Positions 28,402 through 39,195 of a stretch of DNA of 64,000 bases are shown here, one piece after another (position 1 is the stretch's first letter; each line of letters starts with the position of its first letter). Under the pieces are notes generated by a model that ran no database searches, was not told where the DNA came from, and saw nothing but the letters and a program-made list of their open reading frames with translations. The position numbers and the translations under genes were made by a program. The DNA comes from Bacteroidetes bacterium HLUCCA01 (GTDB lineage: Bacteria; Bacteroidota; Rhodothermia; Balneolales; HLUCCA01): the NCBI GenBank assembly GCA_001314545.1, contig LIHN01000019.1, forward strand, positions 128,150 to 192,149, in the 5' to 3' direction.

Positions 28402-29442
28402 TTATTCACTCGCGCCTTGCCGGGCCGGATTCATATACCAGGTCATCACGAAAACGCCCAGACCGATACTCAGGTAGTAGGTATACAGCCTCCACATAAA
28501 GATGGATATACCAATAAAGATTACCCGTTCAAACAAGGGGCCCTGAAACAACAGAAACAGCGCTTCTGCACCCCCGCTTCCCCCCGGCGTTGGCACAAAT
28601 AACCCGGCAAAGGTCATCGAAAACGACCGCAGAAATGTGAGCAGTACATCAGCGGGCAAAAAGCTGAGTACCACAATACTCGGCAGGGAAATCTTGGCCA
28701 GCCAATTCAGTGTTGATACGATGAACGCTTTAACCAGAAATCCCTGTGGTTTCTTGCGCAGACGGTCTGAAAAGTCGATCAGGTTATCACTTTCACGTAC
28801 AATCTTGCGCCGGATACCACGCAAAAAAGGTATACCAAACAATACCCGGACCATTCTTTTCAATGACATTGGGTTCACCAGCAGTCCGTAGGCCAGTATC
28901 ACCGAGTAGCCAAGCAATACGGTGTAAATCAGGAACATGGCACCCGTTCCCACCCATCCGGCATTGGGTGGAATCACATCGTAATAAAATCCCATCGTTA
29001 TTAATATCGGGATGACCATCACATAGAAAAGCTGGTCCAGAAGCACGCCATAAAGCATAATACCACCCGATTTTCCCAAGGGAATCTGCTCACGTGTCAT
29101 GGCATAGGCAGCAACCGGACCGCCACCTATTGTAGACGGCGTGATGGCAGACGCAAAGTCCCAGGTGAGTACCACCCGGAACGCCCCCATCCATGACAGA
29201 GTGTAATCACTGAGTATACGGTACTTCCAGGCCTGGAAGTATATCTTCAGCAGGGTTACTACGAAGGCTATGATCAAACCGGGCAACCGTTTGAGCTGGA
29301 TGTACTCAAACCCTTCCGGACTCCACGTGAAGTACATTACCAAACCCATGGTTATAAGGCTTAGTCCTATGGAAAAAGCCATATATCTGACTGACAGAAA
29401 ACTACTGGCAGCAGGTTGTATATGCGGGTTTTCGGTGGTCAA
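28402..29442 (-). CDS. Flippase-like / lysylphosphatidylglycerol-synthase TM-region family (UPF0104) membrane protein
   Basis: 346 aa, about 8 TM. Family-typical motifs TPSTIGGGPVAAYAM and PTPGGSGGAEALF. Confidence 0.8.
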   Translation of the reverse strand: MTTENPHIQPAASSFLSVRYMAFSIGLSLITMGLVMYFTWSPEGFEYIQLKRLPGLIIAFVVTLLKIYFQAWKYRILSDYTLSWMGAFRVVLTWDFASAITPSTIGGGPVAAYAMTREQIPLGKSGGIMLYGVLLDQLFYVMVIPILITMGFYYDVIPPNAGWVGTGAMFLIYTVLLGYSVILAYGLLVNPMSLKRMVRVLFGIPFLRGIRRKIVRESDNLIDFSDRLRKKPQGFLVKAFIVSTLNWLAKISLPSIVVLSFLPADVLLTFLRSFSMTFAGLFVPTPGGSGGAEALFLLFQGPLFERVIFIGISIFMWRLYTYYLSIGLGVFVMTWYMNPARQGASE

Positions 29443-29541
29443 CGGTATGGGTTATTAAAAAGTGCGCTCTGATAATGCTAACTCAATTGCTGAAAACAAG
29501 GGCAAACAAAGCCAGTGGCCCTGCCTGTTGGCTGAGTTTGC

Positions 29542-30501
29542 TCAGCCGGACAATCCTGCCACCCGACGGGTAGTGCTTTGAAACTGTTCAATCATATCCT
29601 GCAAAACGCTTGCAGCATCCGGAATAGTGCGAATCAAACCGGAAACTTGTCCGATTTCGAGTTCGCCCTGATCAAGATCGCCCTCGAATATGCCTTTTTT
29701 GGAACGTCCCCGGCCCAGTACGTTACGCAATGCTTCCACACCGGCTCCCTGCTGCTCCGCTCGCTGGATTTCTTCATAGAACGGGTTCTTCAGCATTCGG
29801 ACCGGCGTAAGTTGCTTGAGCGTGAGAATGGTTTCGGTATCGTCCGCCTGCACAACCCGTTGTTTGAATGCTTCATGGGCCGAACTCTCCAGCGTTACAG
29901 CAAAGCGGGATCCAACCTGAACCCCGTCTGCACCAAGAGCCAGAGCTGCGGCCATTCCTCTTCCGTCGCCTATTCCGCCTGCTGCAATAACCGGAATACG
30001 ATGTCCTACAGCGTCGGCTACCTGAGGTACAAGAACCATGGTTGTGATTTCATCTTTACCGTTATGTCCTCCGGCCTCAAAACCCTCACAGACAACCGCA
30101 TCCACACCACGGTCTGCACATTTAACAGCCAGTTTCACGTTGGGAACCACATGCACCACCGTAACCCCGCGCTCCTTGAGCCACCCGGTCCAGATTGCAG
30201 GATTACCGGCAGACGTAAATACTATCTTCACCCCTTCGTCTGCAATAATGTTCATGATTTTGTCGATGTCGGGGTACAGCAGGGGAACGTTCACCCCAAA
30301 CGGCGACTTTGTAGCCTGCCGGCATTTCCGAATGTGCGACTGAAGTACATCCGGATACATCGATCCGGCACCTATCAGCCCCAGGCCTCCGGCATTGCTG
30401 ACCGCTGAAGCCAGCTTCCAGCCCGAGCACCAGACCATACCGGCCTGAATTACGGGATAGGAAATATCGAAAAGACGGCAAACACGGTTATGGGTAAACA
30501 T
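29542..30501 (-). CDS. NAD(P)H-dependent flavin oxidoreductase, nitronate monooxygenase (NMO/FabK-like) family
   Basis: YPVIQAGMVW..SNAGGLGLIGAG at the N-terminus and IPVIAAGGIGDGRG. Confidence 0.85.
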   Translation of the reverse strand: MFTHNRVCRLFDISYPVIQAGMVWCSGWKLASAVSNAGGLGLIGAGSMYPDVLQSHIRKCRQATKSPFGVNVPLLYPDIDKIMNIIADEGVKIVFTSAGNPAIWTGWLKERGVTVVHVVPNVKLAVKCADRGVDAVVCEGFEAGGHNGKDEITTMVLVPQVADAVGHRIPVIAAGGIGDGRGMAAALALGADGVQVGSRFAVTLESSAHEAFKQRVVQADDTETILTLKQLTPVRMLKNPFYEEIQRAEQQGAGVEALRNVLGRGRSKKGIFEGDLDQGELEIGQVSGLIRTIPDAASVLQDMIEQFQSTTRRVAGLSG

Positions 30502-30630
30502 CGGATATTGGGTTTTTCACTACGTTGCATTCGGTGCTGAAAAATACAACATTACCGGTTCCGGTTCAGATACGTAACGATACATTAACACAAAGCTGAT
30601 TAACTTGCCCTGAAATCCAACCCGAATACC

Positions 30631-31569
30631 ATGAAAATCTGTCTGTTATTCACTTTAGCGCTGCTGCTCAGTAGTTGTCAGCCCACAATCCGGGAATCGC
30701 CCATGGATACGCACCCTGCTTTCGACCTTCAGGGGCACCGCGGCGCACGCGGTCTGCTGCCCGAAAACACCATCCCATCGCTGAAGGAGGCCTTGCGGTA
30801 CAGCGTAACTACCCTGGAATTTGATGTGGTCGTTTCTGCAGACTCCCAGCTCGTCCTCTCCCATGAACCCTGGTTTCATCACCATATCAGTTCCCACCCT
30901 GACGGAAGGGCGGTGTCGGAGGCCGAAGCTGCAGACATAAACATGTACCGGATGCGCTATGACGAAATAGCCCGGTTCGATGTAGGTCAGCGTATCCATC
31001 CTGATTTCCCGGAACAAACGCCGCAACCCAGCCCGAAACCTCGTCTTTCAGATGCCCTGACTCACGTTATGGCCCATATTCAAGTGGAGGAACTCCCGGA
31101 TGTTTGGTTCAATATTGAGACCAAAACCCGGCCCGAATATTACGATGTGTACACTCCGCAGCCGGATGTTTTCGCTTCACTACTGTACAATACCTTGCGG
31201 GATCTGGACGTACTTGACCGCACAACTGTTCAAAGTTTCGATGTGAACACGCTGAAGGCCATGCGCCGGCTGGATCCCGCCGTGCCGTTGGTACTGCTGG
31301 TTTACAATGAAAACGGACTGGACTGGAACCTGGAACAGCTGGGTTTCACACCTGCCATCTATTCACCCTATTTCAGGCTGGTAGACCGTGAACTGGTTCA
31401 ATCGGTTCAGCATCAGGGCATGAAAATCATACCCTGGACGGTGAATGAACCCGGGGATATGGTGAACCTTATCCGGATGGGTGTTGACGGGCTGATAACG
31501 GATTATCCGAACAGAGCTATCGGCCTGCCTGAAGTCTGTGAAAAACTGGGAATTGAAGTACCCGGATAA
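30631..31569 (+). CDS. Glycerophosphodiester phosphodiesterase family protein (lipoprotein-type signal)
   Basis: LLLSSC lipobox. Catalytic-region motifs QGHRGARGLLPENT and EFDVVVS..LVLSHEPW. C-terminal GVDGLITDYP. Confidence 0.85.
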   Translation: MKICLLFTLALLLSSCQPTIRESPMDTHPAFDLQGHRGARGLLPENTIPSLKEALRYSVTTLEFDVVVSADSQLVLSHEPWFHHHISSHPDGRAVSEAEAADINMYRMRYDEIARFDVGQRIHPDFPEQTPQPSPKPRLSDALTHVMAHIQVEELPDVWFNIETKTRPEYYDVYTPQPDVFASLLYNTLRDLDVLDRTTVQSFDVNTLKAMRRLDPAVPLVLLVYNENGLDWNLEQLGFTPAIYSPYFRLVDRELVQSVQHQGMKIIPWTVNEPGDMVNLIRMGVDGLITDYPNRAIGLPEVCEKLGIEVPG

Positions 31570-31608
31570 CGCCTGCAATTCAGGAATCCGGGGGGCTGCT
31601 GACAGCAT

Positions 31609-31651
31609 AAAAAAAGCCATCCGGAAACAGCTCCGGATGGCTTGAGATTTT
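31609..31651. terminator. Bidirectional hairpin terminator between convergent genes
   Basis: GCCATCCGGA (31616..31625), loop AACAGC, then TCCGGATGGC (31632..31641). Preceded by an A-run and followed by TTGAGATTTT. Confidence 0.6.
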
Positions 31652-31710
31652 ACAGTACGTGATTTCAGAGCCGTTGCTTGCCTGGGGCGCAACGGGTATC
31701 TGCATGGAAA

Positions 31711-32787
31711 TCAGGCAATGGTAACTTTTTCATCAAGGTAAACATCCTGAATGGTCTGAAGCAGCTTGGCTCCTTCTTCCATCGGACGCTGGAACGCTTT
31801 ACGACCTGAAATCAGGCCCATTCCGCCGGCACGCTTGTTGATGACAGCTGTTTTCACAGCATCAGCAAAGTCGTTGTCGCCGGAAGCTCCGCCTGAGTTG
31901 ATCAGACCGGCCCGACCCATGTAGCAGTTGGCAACCTGGTAACGGGTAAGATCAATCGGGTGATCACTGGTGAGTTCCGTGTAGATACGCTCGTCGAGTT
32001 TACCGTAAGATGACCCGCCGGTGTTCAATGCCTTGAATCCACCGTTTACTTCGGGAAGTTTCTGTTTGATGATATCGGCCTGGATGGTTACCCCGAGGTG
32101 GTTGGCCTGACCGGTAAGGTCGGCAGCTACGTGGTAATCAACGCCATCTTTTTTGAACGCGTTGTTACGTGTGTAGCACCACAGGATGGTAGCCATGCCC
32201 AGCTCGTGGGCGTATGCAAAGGCCTCAGCAACTTCTACAATCTGTCGGTTCGACTCTTCCGAGCCAAAATAGATGGTTGCACCAATTGCAGCGGCACCCA
32301 TGTTGTAGGCATCATCGATGTTACCGAACATGATCTGGTCGAACTGGTTCGGGTAGGTCATCAGCTGATTGTGGTTGATTTTAACGATAAAGGGAATTTT
32401 GTGCGCATAGGTACGGGAAACCGAGGCCAGAACACCGTAGGTTGAAGCAACACCGTTACACCCCCCCTCAATAGCCAGCTTAACAATGTTTTCCGGGTCG
32501 AAGTAAATGGGGTTTTTAGCGAAAGACGCCCCGCCGCTATGCTCAATACCCTGGTCTACAGGGAGGATAGACAGGTAACCGGTTCCGCCCAGCCGACCGT
32601 GGTTGGTGAGCCACTGCAGATTACCCAGCACGCGGTTGTTACGGTTTGACTTGGCCCATACGTCGTCCACATGCGTTGGGGAAGGCAGGTGAAGCTGGTC
32701 TTTGGATATGGTCTTCGATGTGTGATTTAATAGGTACTCGGCTTCGTTGCCCAGTAGTTCTTCAATATTAGTTACGGCTGATGCCAT
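31711..32787 (-). CDS. fbaB: Class I fructose-bisphosphate aldolase (FbaB type)
   Basis: Near-colinear similarity to E. coli FbaB as I recall it ([59 protein letters not shown]). Start at MASAVTN (32787). Confidence 0.92.
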   Translation of the reverse strand: MASAVTNIEELLGNEAEYLLNHTSKTISKDQLHLPSPTHVDDVWAKSNRNNRVLGNLQWLTNHGRLGGTGYLSILPVDQGIEHSGGASFAKNPIYFDPENIVKLAIEGGCNGVASTYGVLASVSRTYAHKIPFIVKINHNQLMTYPNQFDQIMFGNIDDAYNMGAAAIGATIYFGSEESNRQIVEVAEAFAYAHELGMATILWCYTRNNAFKKDGVDYHVAADLTGQANHLGVTIQADIIKQKLPEVNGGFKALNTGGSSYGKLDERIYTELTSDHPIDLTRYQVANCYMGRAGLINSGGASGDNDFADAVKTAVINKRAGGMGLISGRKAFQRPMEEGAKLLQTIQDVYLDEKVTIA

Positions 32788-32963
32788 ATAAACCTCCTTA
32801 AAAGTTTTCAACAAGAAAAGTGTGTTCTGGCAATATAGGGTTTATCTGATTAAAGGTCATGCTAATTCAGGACAACTACATCGTAAATTCATGCCCTTAC
32901 GCCCAGGTTCAACAGAAAAGCGCTTCGCTAAATCAATAATTTTCGCCACAATTTCCGTATTTT

Positions 32964-33965
32964 TTGACTATGCAAAATCCAAAGCTGCCCATACCCCATC
33001 AGGCCGTTGTACTGGCTCCCATGGAAGACGTCACCGACTCCCCTTTCCGGCAGATGTGCCGCCGTGAGGGGGCTGATGTGGTCTACACCGAATTCATAAG
33101 CTCCGAAGGACTCATCCGGGAAGTTGACAAATCCATGCATAAAATGAGTTTTGAGCAGGTGGAACGTCCCTTTGGCATCCAGATTTTCGGAGGTCGTGAA
33201 GAAGCCATGCACGGGGCGGCAAAAGTAGCCGAGGCTGCCAATCCCGACCTGGTAGATATCAACTTCGGATGCCCCGTTTATAAGGTGGTCAGTAAAAACG
33301 CCGGTTCTGCCTGTCTGCGCGATCTGGGCATGATGGAACGTATGGCCGGAACCGTTGTCGATGCCGTTGAAAACAAACCCGTTACCGTAAAAACGCGACT
33401 GGGCTGGGATGAGAACACCATCCGGATTCAGGAGGTAGCACTCATGCTGCAGTCCGTTGGGGTCAGGGCCCTCACCGTTCACGCCCGTACCCGCCAGCAA
33501 GGCTACAAGGGCCAGGCCCGCTGGGAGTATTTCAAACTGCTGAAGAATACCCCGGGACTGCACATTCCCATTATCGCCAACGGAGATATTACTACTGCTG
33601 AACACGTAAAGTACCTCTTTGATGAAACCGGTGTTGACGGCGTGATGATTGGTCGCGCCGCCATCGGCAATCCGTGGATTTTCCGCGATGTAAAACATTT
33701 TTTAGCACACGGGGAGCACCTGCCCGGGCCATCACTGCAGGATCGGCTGAATATGTGCGCCGATCAGCTTCGTGCTTCGGTAGCTCATCACGGTGAACGC
33801 TACGGCGTAATCATGATGAAAAAACACTACGGGAACTACCTCAAAGGTATCCGCAACGGCAAACAGCTGCGCGTTGCCCTTATGGAGGAAAGTGAAATGC
33901 AACCGATTCTGGAAATACTGGGCAACTTCGAGGAAGAAAAAATTGCTGTTCCCGCAGCAGGCTAA
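32964..33965 (+). CDS. dusB: tRNA-dihydrouridine synthase (DusB-like)
   Basis: LAPMEDVTDSPFRQMCRREGADVVYTEF, DINFGCP, TVHARTRQQ.Y.G.A.W. 333 aa. Confidence 0.9.
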   Translation: MTMQNPKLPIPHQAVVLAPMEDVTDSPFRQMCRREGADVVYTEFISSEGLIREVDKSMHKMSFEQVERPFGIQIFGGREEAMHGAAKVAEAANPDLVDINFGCPVYKVVSKNAGSACLRDLGMMERMAGTVVDAVENKPVTVKTRLGWDENTIRIQEVALMLQSVGVRALTVHARTRQQGYKGQARWEYFKLLKNTPGLHIPIIANGDITTAEHVKYLFDETGVDGVMIGRAAIGNPWIFRDVKHFLAHGEHLPGPSLQDRLNMCADQLRASVAHHGERYGVIMMKKHYGNYLKGIRNGKQLRVALMEESEMQPILEILGNFEEEKIAVPAAG

Positions 33966-33968
33966 GCC

Positions 33969-36524
33969 CTACTCAACCCGCGTAAGTCCACCCCGCCTGC
34001 CCAGGGAGGTAAACGCAGCCAGGGTGACCGTTCCTTCTGCCCGAACCGGCCCGGTATATTCCGGCGAATCCACGGTCGGTGGTGTACCGTCGGTAGTGTA
34101 GCGTATGATCAAGCCCGGCGTTTCAACGTTGGCGTGGAGAACGCCCCCGCGAAGCACCGCACCGGGTCTGGGAATACGGGTTTCGTATCCACCGAAGAGA
34201 TGATCCAGCCGGTCAAACTCAATCTGTCCTACCGTATTGGCAAAACGGTTCCATTGCCGATCCCGCATGGCGTTTCGCCGGTCACGCTCCTGAATGCCAG
34301 CCCAGGCCGGGTCGGGCGACCACGCCCGCTCAGACAACCCCAGCATTTTGGGCAGCAGGTAGTAAAACATCATATCAGGTCCCTTAACGGTTTCCGTCCA
34401 CAACTGACCCTGCAGACCGATAATCCGGTCCCGACCGGCATCGGTGAGTGCCTCGTGCTGTGCAGCCATGGCACGGGCATCTACCGGATTGCCCTGTATG
34501 TCAAAATCATTGGATATGAAATGGTTGAATGGTGTAAGCTGCCAGGCTGAGCGCAGATTCACATAACCCGACCAGTGCAAGCCCGGCTCATCCGGATGCA
34601 TGTCGTATGCCAGGTCAAAGTAGACGTTGGATGAATTGCTCATGATGACCTCATAACCGGCATTGGCCAGCTGGTAGGCCATATCCGTTCCGGTCCAGCC
34701 CACAACGGCATTCCAGGCATGTAAACGGATGTTCTTTTCCAGCAGCACAGTGTTGGGTCTGCTGACGGTCCGGTTACCCTCGCGCACACGTTGCTGCCCA
34801 ACCTCCTCCCATCCCGCCAGTTGCAGTCCGCGTTCAGCCAGAATCTGGTTCAACCGGGTGTAGTAATGATTGTGCAGATCCTGCCTTCCGTTGATATCCG
34901 GATTTTGGCCCATCAACGACTGACATGCCGGGGAACCCATCCATACGCCGTAGGGAACCTCATCGCCGCCTACATGGAATGTCTGCAGCGGAGCGCCGGC
35001 CTCCTGGTACATACGGATGATTTCATCGAGTACGTGCGTATAAAACCGATACGAAGATTCCATACACACATCCATGGTATTATTTCGGTAACGCTGAACG
35101 GATATATATTCTGAGGCATCGTCCGGATGCTCCAGCAGGAATTCAAGGGCTTTTTCCGAATTCCCCTCCGCCATATATCTGTCGTAGCGGGCATGCATGG
35201 CCATAATAGCGGCACGCATGTGGCCGGGTGCTACAATTTCGGGAATTACGGTAATATGGCGGGCACGGGCGTAGCGCAGAATTTCAATCAGATCGGTACG
35301 GGAAAGATGTCCGCTTCCATAGGGTGAATGCTCCGGATCCGGACCCGATCCATACACAGGGTGCAGGTGATCACGATGGGTTTGCGTATGGCCCCGCCTG
35401 GAGGCAACTTCGGTGAGTTCAGGCAGACCGGGGATTTCAATGCGCCAGGCTTCGTCGTTGGCCAGATGCAGCTGCAAAACGTTGAATTTGTAGAAAGACA
35501 TCACATCCAACAGCCGTTTGATATCCTGTTTCTGCTGAAAATTACGGGCAATATCCAGAAAGAGTCCCCGATAGGCGAACCGGGGATAATCATAAATCTG
35601 TACCTCAGGAAAACGGATTTCTTCTGTGGGCGAGGCGAGCTGATCCGGGGTAATGAGAGCAAGTAGTGTCTGCATCCCGTAATGCGCACCCGCCGGTGCT
35701 CCGGCTTCCAGCAGTATGCCCTTGCCGTCAATGGTCAGCCGATACCCCTCCGGGCGGGTTATATCATTGGTATGCCGAATCTGTACCGGCGCGTTTTCCC
35801 CGTGGCTGATTAGCACCTCAGCGCGGGTGACTTCACGGAGCTGATCGGCAAAAAGTGCGGTCTCTACAGCAAATCGAGGATCGTGAAGGAGTTCAATGGG
35901 GCTTTCAAGCACCAATACTCCTCCGGTTTGCCTGAACGTGACCGGCGAAGGGACCACGGGCATAACCGATGCTGCCGGAAGTACGTCCACCGATTCGTTC
36001 TGGTCAAAAAGCAACGTGGCTCCCGGAACCCTTCTGTTGGTGTGGGCATACTGTTCAACCAGCCATTCAACGTCTATTTCAGACGCAATGTGATAAGGCA
36101 GTGCATACCCTTTGGATTCGCCTGCCGGAACGATGTAGGGCGACTCCGGGAACTGGGTGTTGGCGTTCAGGAAGCGGGGCGAACTATACCGGAACGTTAC
36201 GGAATCACCGGGAACCAGCGGCCGGGTAGTATCGGCGGGCTCAAGCCGGAACCAGTCGCCGCTCAGGTGTTCAATTCGTACCGCAGCAGAATCAAAGGCC
36301 GGTCGCTGCGCAATATAAATCGCGTTAAAATACAAAGCCCAGCCCGGCTCCAGTACATCGGAACCTGTGTTGATCAGGGTAAAAGCGGCCTGGTGCTGTG
36401 CCGTTGGTTCAAGGGTGTTTTCAAGGATCTGCCAGCGCAGTTCAAGGCCTTGGGTATCTGCTTGCCGGGAACAGGCCACAGCCAGGAGCATGGTGGCAAA
36501 TAAAGCCAAAAAAGGAGTATTCAT
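33969..36524 (-). CDS. Exported glycoside hydrolase family 20 beta-N-acetylhexosaminidase with an extra C-terminal domain
   Basis: Signal peptide. Catalytic-region HVGGDEV (GH20 D-E pair). LHLANDEAWRIEIPGLPELT is typical of GH20. Confidence 0.85.
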   Translation of the reverse strand: MNTPFLALFATMLLAVACSRQADTQGLELRWQILENTLEPTAQHQAAFTLINTGSDVLEPGWALYFNAIYIAQRPAFDSAAVRIEHLSGDWFRLEPADTTRPLVPGDSVTFRYSSPRFLNANTQFPESPYIVPAGESKGYALPYHIASEIDVEWLVEQYAHTNRRVPGATLLFDQNESVDVLPAASVMPVVPSPVTFRQTGGVLVLESPIELLHDPRFAVETALFADQLREVTRAEVLISHGENAPVQIRHTNDITRPEGYRLTIDGKGILLEAGAPAGAHYGMQTLLALITPDQLASPTEEIRFPEVQIYDYPRFAYRGLFLDIARNFQQKQDIKRLLDVMSFYKFNVLQLHLANDEAWRIEIPGLPELTEVASRRGHTQTHRDHLHPVYGSGPDPEHSPYGSGHLSRTDLIEILRYARARHITVIPEIVAPGHMRAAIMAMHARYDRYMAEGNSEKALEFLLEHPDDASEYISVQRYRNNTMDVCMESSYRFYTHVLDEIIRMYQEAGAPLQTFHVGGDEVPYGVWMGSPACQSLMGQNPDINGRQDLHNHYYTRLNQILAERGLQLAGWEEVGQQRVREGNRTVSRPNTVLLEKNIRLHAWNAVVGWTGTDMAYQLANAGYEVIMSNSSNVYFDLAYDMHPDEPGLHWSGYVNLRSAWQLTPFNHFISNDFDIQGNPVDARAMAAQHEALTDAGRDRIIGLQGQLWTETVKGPDMMFYYLLPKMLGLSERAWSPDPAWAGIQERDRRNAMRDRQWNRFANTVGQIEFDRLDHLFGGYETRIPRPGAVLRGGVLHANVETPGLIIRYTTDGTPPTVDSPEYTGPVRAEGTVTLAAFTSLGRRGGLTRVE

Positions 36525-36862
36525 AACAGGTGCATTGGAATGGGGATGATCTGTACGGGAATATACATATTGAGCCGGTCATCTGCCGGACGGATCGGTC
36601 ACAGGAAACTGCAAACCAATCGCGCCGACAACCATTTAAAGACAAATAAGTCTTTTTTAGTAACATCGATACAGATTTTCTTACAATTTTAGCGGTGTAC
36701 CTTATCCCAATATTGCGATACAACTTTTAATTGAACAATAAACGTAAATGTTTGGTCAAAAAAAGGCAGATAATCTATAGATGTGACTGTTATTTTCCCG
36801 CATAAGCCGGACTATATGCCCATCCGGAAGCACAACACCTATGTTAACGAACGGAATTTGCC

Positions 36863-38509
36863 ATGGACGTTCAATCGCACAAAAGCACCCTTGCCATCAT
36901 ACTGATACTCTCGGTCGGCATCGCGGGGATTGCCCTGTATCAGATGAGTTACCCGCCGGATGAGCCCAATCTTGCCCTGGAAGAGCTCCGGCTGGAATAT
37001 GCCACCACAGACGAGCCGGTGGTAGATCACTCCCAGTTTGAAATCCTGAACCGCGACTTCACCACTCCTGTTGAGGTAACCCTCGCGTGTATCTCCTGCC
37101 ACAATACGCGTCACCTGGAGGTCATGGAATCGGCACACTGGAACTGGGACCGCATCGGCTTTACCGAAGACCGTGGAATTACGGCCATTGGCAAAAAAAA
37201 TGTAATGAACAACTACTGTATAGGAGTGGCAACCAATGAGCTTACGTGTGCAGGATGTCATGTGGGTTTCGGCATGCCGGATTTTCAGGACTTCGATTTC
37301 AGCAATCCTGAAAATGTAGACTGCCTGTCTTGTCACGCGAGCAGTGAATTCTATGAGAAAGGCAAAGGACTTGGAGGGGCTCCGGCAACTACCGTTGACT
37401 TGCGCGAAGCAGCCATTACTGTGGGCCGTCCGTCCATCAACAACTGCGGAACGTGCCACTTCCTGGGGGGCGGTGGAAACAACGTGAAACACGGTGACCT
37501 CGAGGTTGCCCTCTACCACGCCGACCGCCAGATGGATGTACACATGGCACAGGATGGTATTCAGATGACCTGTGTTGACTGCCATACAGCCGAGAACCAT
37601 GAAATTGCGGGCAAACTCTACTCGGTATCAGCCAACAACGTCAACCGGCTGCATTGCGAAGACTGTCATACTTCTACCCCGCACATGAGCGAAATGCTCA
37701 ATACGCACACAGCACGGGTCGCCTGCCAGACCTGCCACATTCCTACCTACGCCAAGGAGAACCCCACCAAACTGAGCTGGCGCTGGTCTGATGCCGGTAT
37801 GCTGGACGAGGAGGGACGGCCCATGACCGTTAACGACAGCCTTGGAATGCAGCGGTATATGTCAACGAAGGGCTCGTTTACCTGGGGAAGTAACCTGGAG
37901 CCTGAATACGTGTGGTTTAACGGCACGGCCGACCACTACTACCTGGGCGATCAGATTGATACCCTGGCCGGACCCATCAAAATTAACACCCTGCATGGCT
38001 CCTACCATGATCCAAGTTCTAAAATCATCCCGGTAAAAATACACCGGGGCGACCAGATTTTCGACTCGGAATACCTGACCATTATCCAGCCGCGACTGTC
38101 AGCTGCCGGTGGTGCAGACAGTGCTTTCTGGAAGGAATTTGATTGGGGCAGAGCGGCTGAAAGCGGTATGAGACGGATAGGCCTGCCTTACAGCGGTCGC
38201 TACGGATTTATCGAAACCGAGATGTACTGGCCCATCAACCATATGGTTTCCCCCGCCGATCAGGCCCTGCAGTGTGTAGACTGCCACACACCGAACGAGA
38301 GCAGGCTTGCCGGGCTTGACGACTTCTACCTGCCGGGTCGCGACCGTAATGACACGCTTGACACTATGGGCTGGTCATTGATTCTGATTTCCCTGTTCGG
38401 TGTCATACTGCACGCCAGTATCCGGACATTTACCTACATGCGCCGGTCTTCCAGCCTGGATATGACCCCCTACGAAGAATTTGACCACGACAAAGGAGAA
38501 TCATTATGA
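36863..38509 (+). CDS. Octaheme c-type cytochrome, tetrathionate-reductase (Otr) family, membrane-tethered
   Basis: Eight CXXCH motifs (CISCH, CAGCH, CLSCH, CGTCH, CVDCH, CEDCH, CQTCH, CVDCH). GGGGNNVKHGD after heme 4. N-terminal signal-anchor and a C-terminal TM helix (MGWSLILISLFGVILHASI). Confidence 0.85.
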   Translation: MDVQSHKSTLAIILILSVGIAGIALYQMSYPPDEPNLALEELRLEYATTDEPVVDHSQFEILNRDFTTPVEVTLACISCHNTRHLEVMESAHWNWDRIGFTEDRGITAIGKKNVMNNYCIGVATNELTCAGCHVGFGMPDFQDFDFSNPENVDCLSCHASSEFYEKGKGLGGAPATTVDLREAAITVGRPSINNCGTCHFLGGGGNNVKHGDLEVALYHADRQMDVHMAQDGIQMTCVDCHTAENHEIAGKLYSVSANNVNRLHCEDCHTSTPHMSEMLNTHTARVACQTCHIPTYAKENPTKLSWRWSDAGMLDEEGRPMTVNDSLGMQRYMSTKGSFTWGSNLEPEYVWFNGTADHYYLGDQIDTLAGPIKINTLHGSYHDPSSKIIPVKIHRGDQIFDSEYLTIIQPRLSAAGGADSAFWKEFDWGRAAESGMRRIGLPYSGRYGFIETEMYWPINHMVSPADQALQCVDCHTPNESRLAGLDDFYLPGRDRNDTLDTMGWSLILISLFGVILHASIRTFTYMRRSSSLDMTPYEEFDHDKGESL

Positions 38510-39195
38510 AGCAGGTGAAAATTTACATGCTGTTTGAACGAATCTGGCACTGGTGGCAGGCAGCATTAATCATTTTCCTGATGATAACAGGCTTTGAAGT
38601 TCACGGTTCCATAACCGTTTTCGGATACGAACAATCCGTATTGTTTCATCGCGTGGCGGGTCTGCTGCTGGTCGGGCTCACGGTGTTCGCCATATTCTGG
38701 CACCTGACCACCGATGAGTGGAGGCAATACATCCCTACCTTCAAAAACCTGAAAGCCCAGATCATGTACTATGGCGTCGGCATGTTTCGCGGCGATCCGC
38801 ACCCCGTGCATAAATCGCGCTGGCAGAAGCTGAACCCCCTTCAGATTCTCACCTACCTGGGTTTCAAAATCCTGATTGTACCCGTCGTGATTGTCTCCGG
38901 TTTGCTATACATGTACCACAAGACCATCAATATCAACAATGTGGTGGTTATCAGCGATTTTTCCCTGGAATCCGTGGCGCTCTGGCACACGGCCGGCGGA
39001 TTCCTGCTGGTTGCCTTTCTGATTGTGCATGTATACATGACCACCACCGGTGAAACGGCTACCTCCAACATCCGGGCTATGATAACCGGTTACGAAGAAC
39101 TGCCGGATGAGGACGACCACAAAGAACCAGGGCCAGCCGATGCATCATCTGAACTGTCAAACGATCAACAAACTACGAAGGGAGGAAGCCAATGA
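38506..39195 (+). CDS. Cytochrome b (b561 / Ni-hydrogenase b-subunit / PhsC-like) membrane subunit
   Basis: Four TM helices with conserved His (RIWHWWQAAL, FHRVAGLL, LWHTAGG, IVHVYM). ATGA overlap with the octaheme gene. Confidence 0.8.
   Translation: MKQVKIYMLFERIWHWWQAALIIFLMITGFEVHGSITVFGYEQSVLFHRVAGLLLVGLTVFAIFWHLTTDEWRQYIPTFKNLKAQIMYYGVGMFRGDPHPVHKSRWQKLNPLQILTYLGFKILIVPVVIVSGLLYMYHKTININNVVVISDFSLESVALWHTAGGFLLVAFLIVHVYMTTTGETATSNIRAMITGYEELPDEDDHKEPGPADASSELSNDQQTTKGGSQ

Noticed and set aside
28094-28477. 127-aa ORF spanning the rpsU 3' end and the tandem repeat
   Set aside because: Its internally repeated peptide (PQVWQPF.., VPSGMAAFFF..) is just the translation of the tandem hairpin/T-run units. 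It also overlaps rpsU and the convergent membrane-protein gene.
32928-33698. 256-aa ORF antisense to dusB. The same applies to the long antisense ORFs 36839..37600, 29578..30408, 10085..10780, 35883..36503, 49658..50269, 44078..44653, 53462..54040, 8182..8766 and 6271..6837.
   Set aside because: Each lies fully inside a confidently identified gene on the other strand, and none shows any family signature. They are treated as shadow ORFs.
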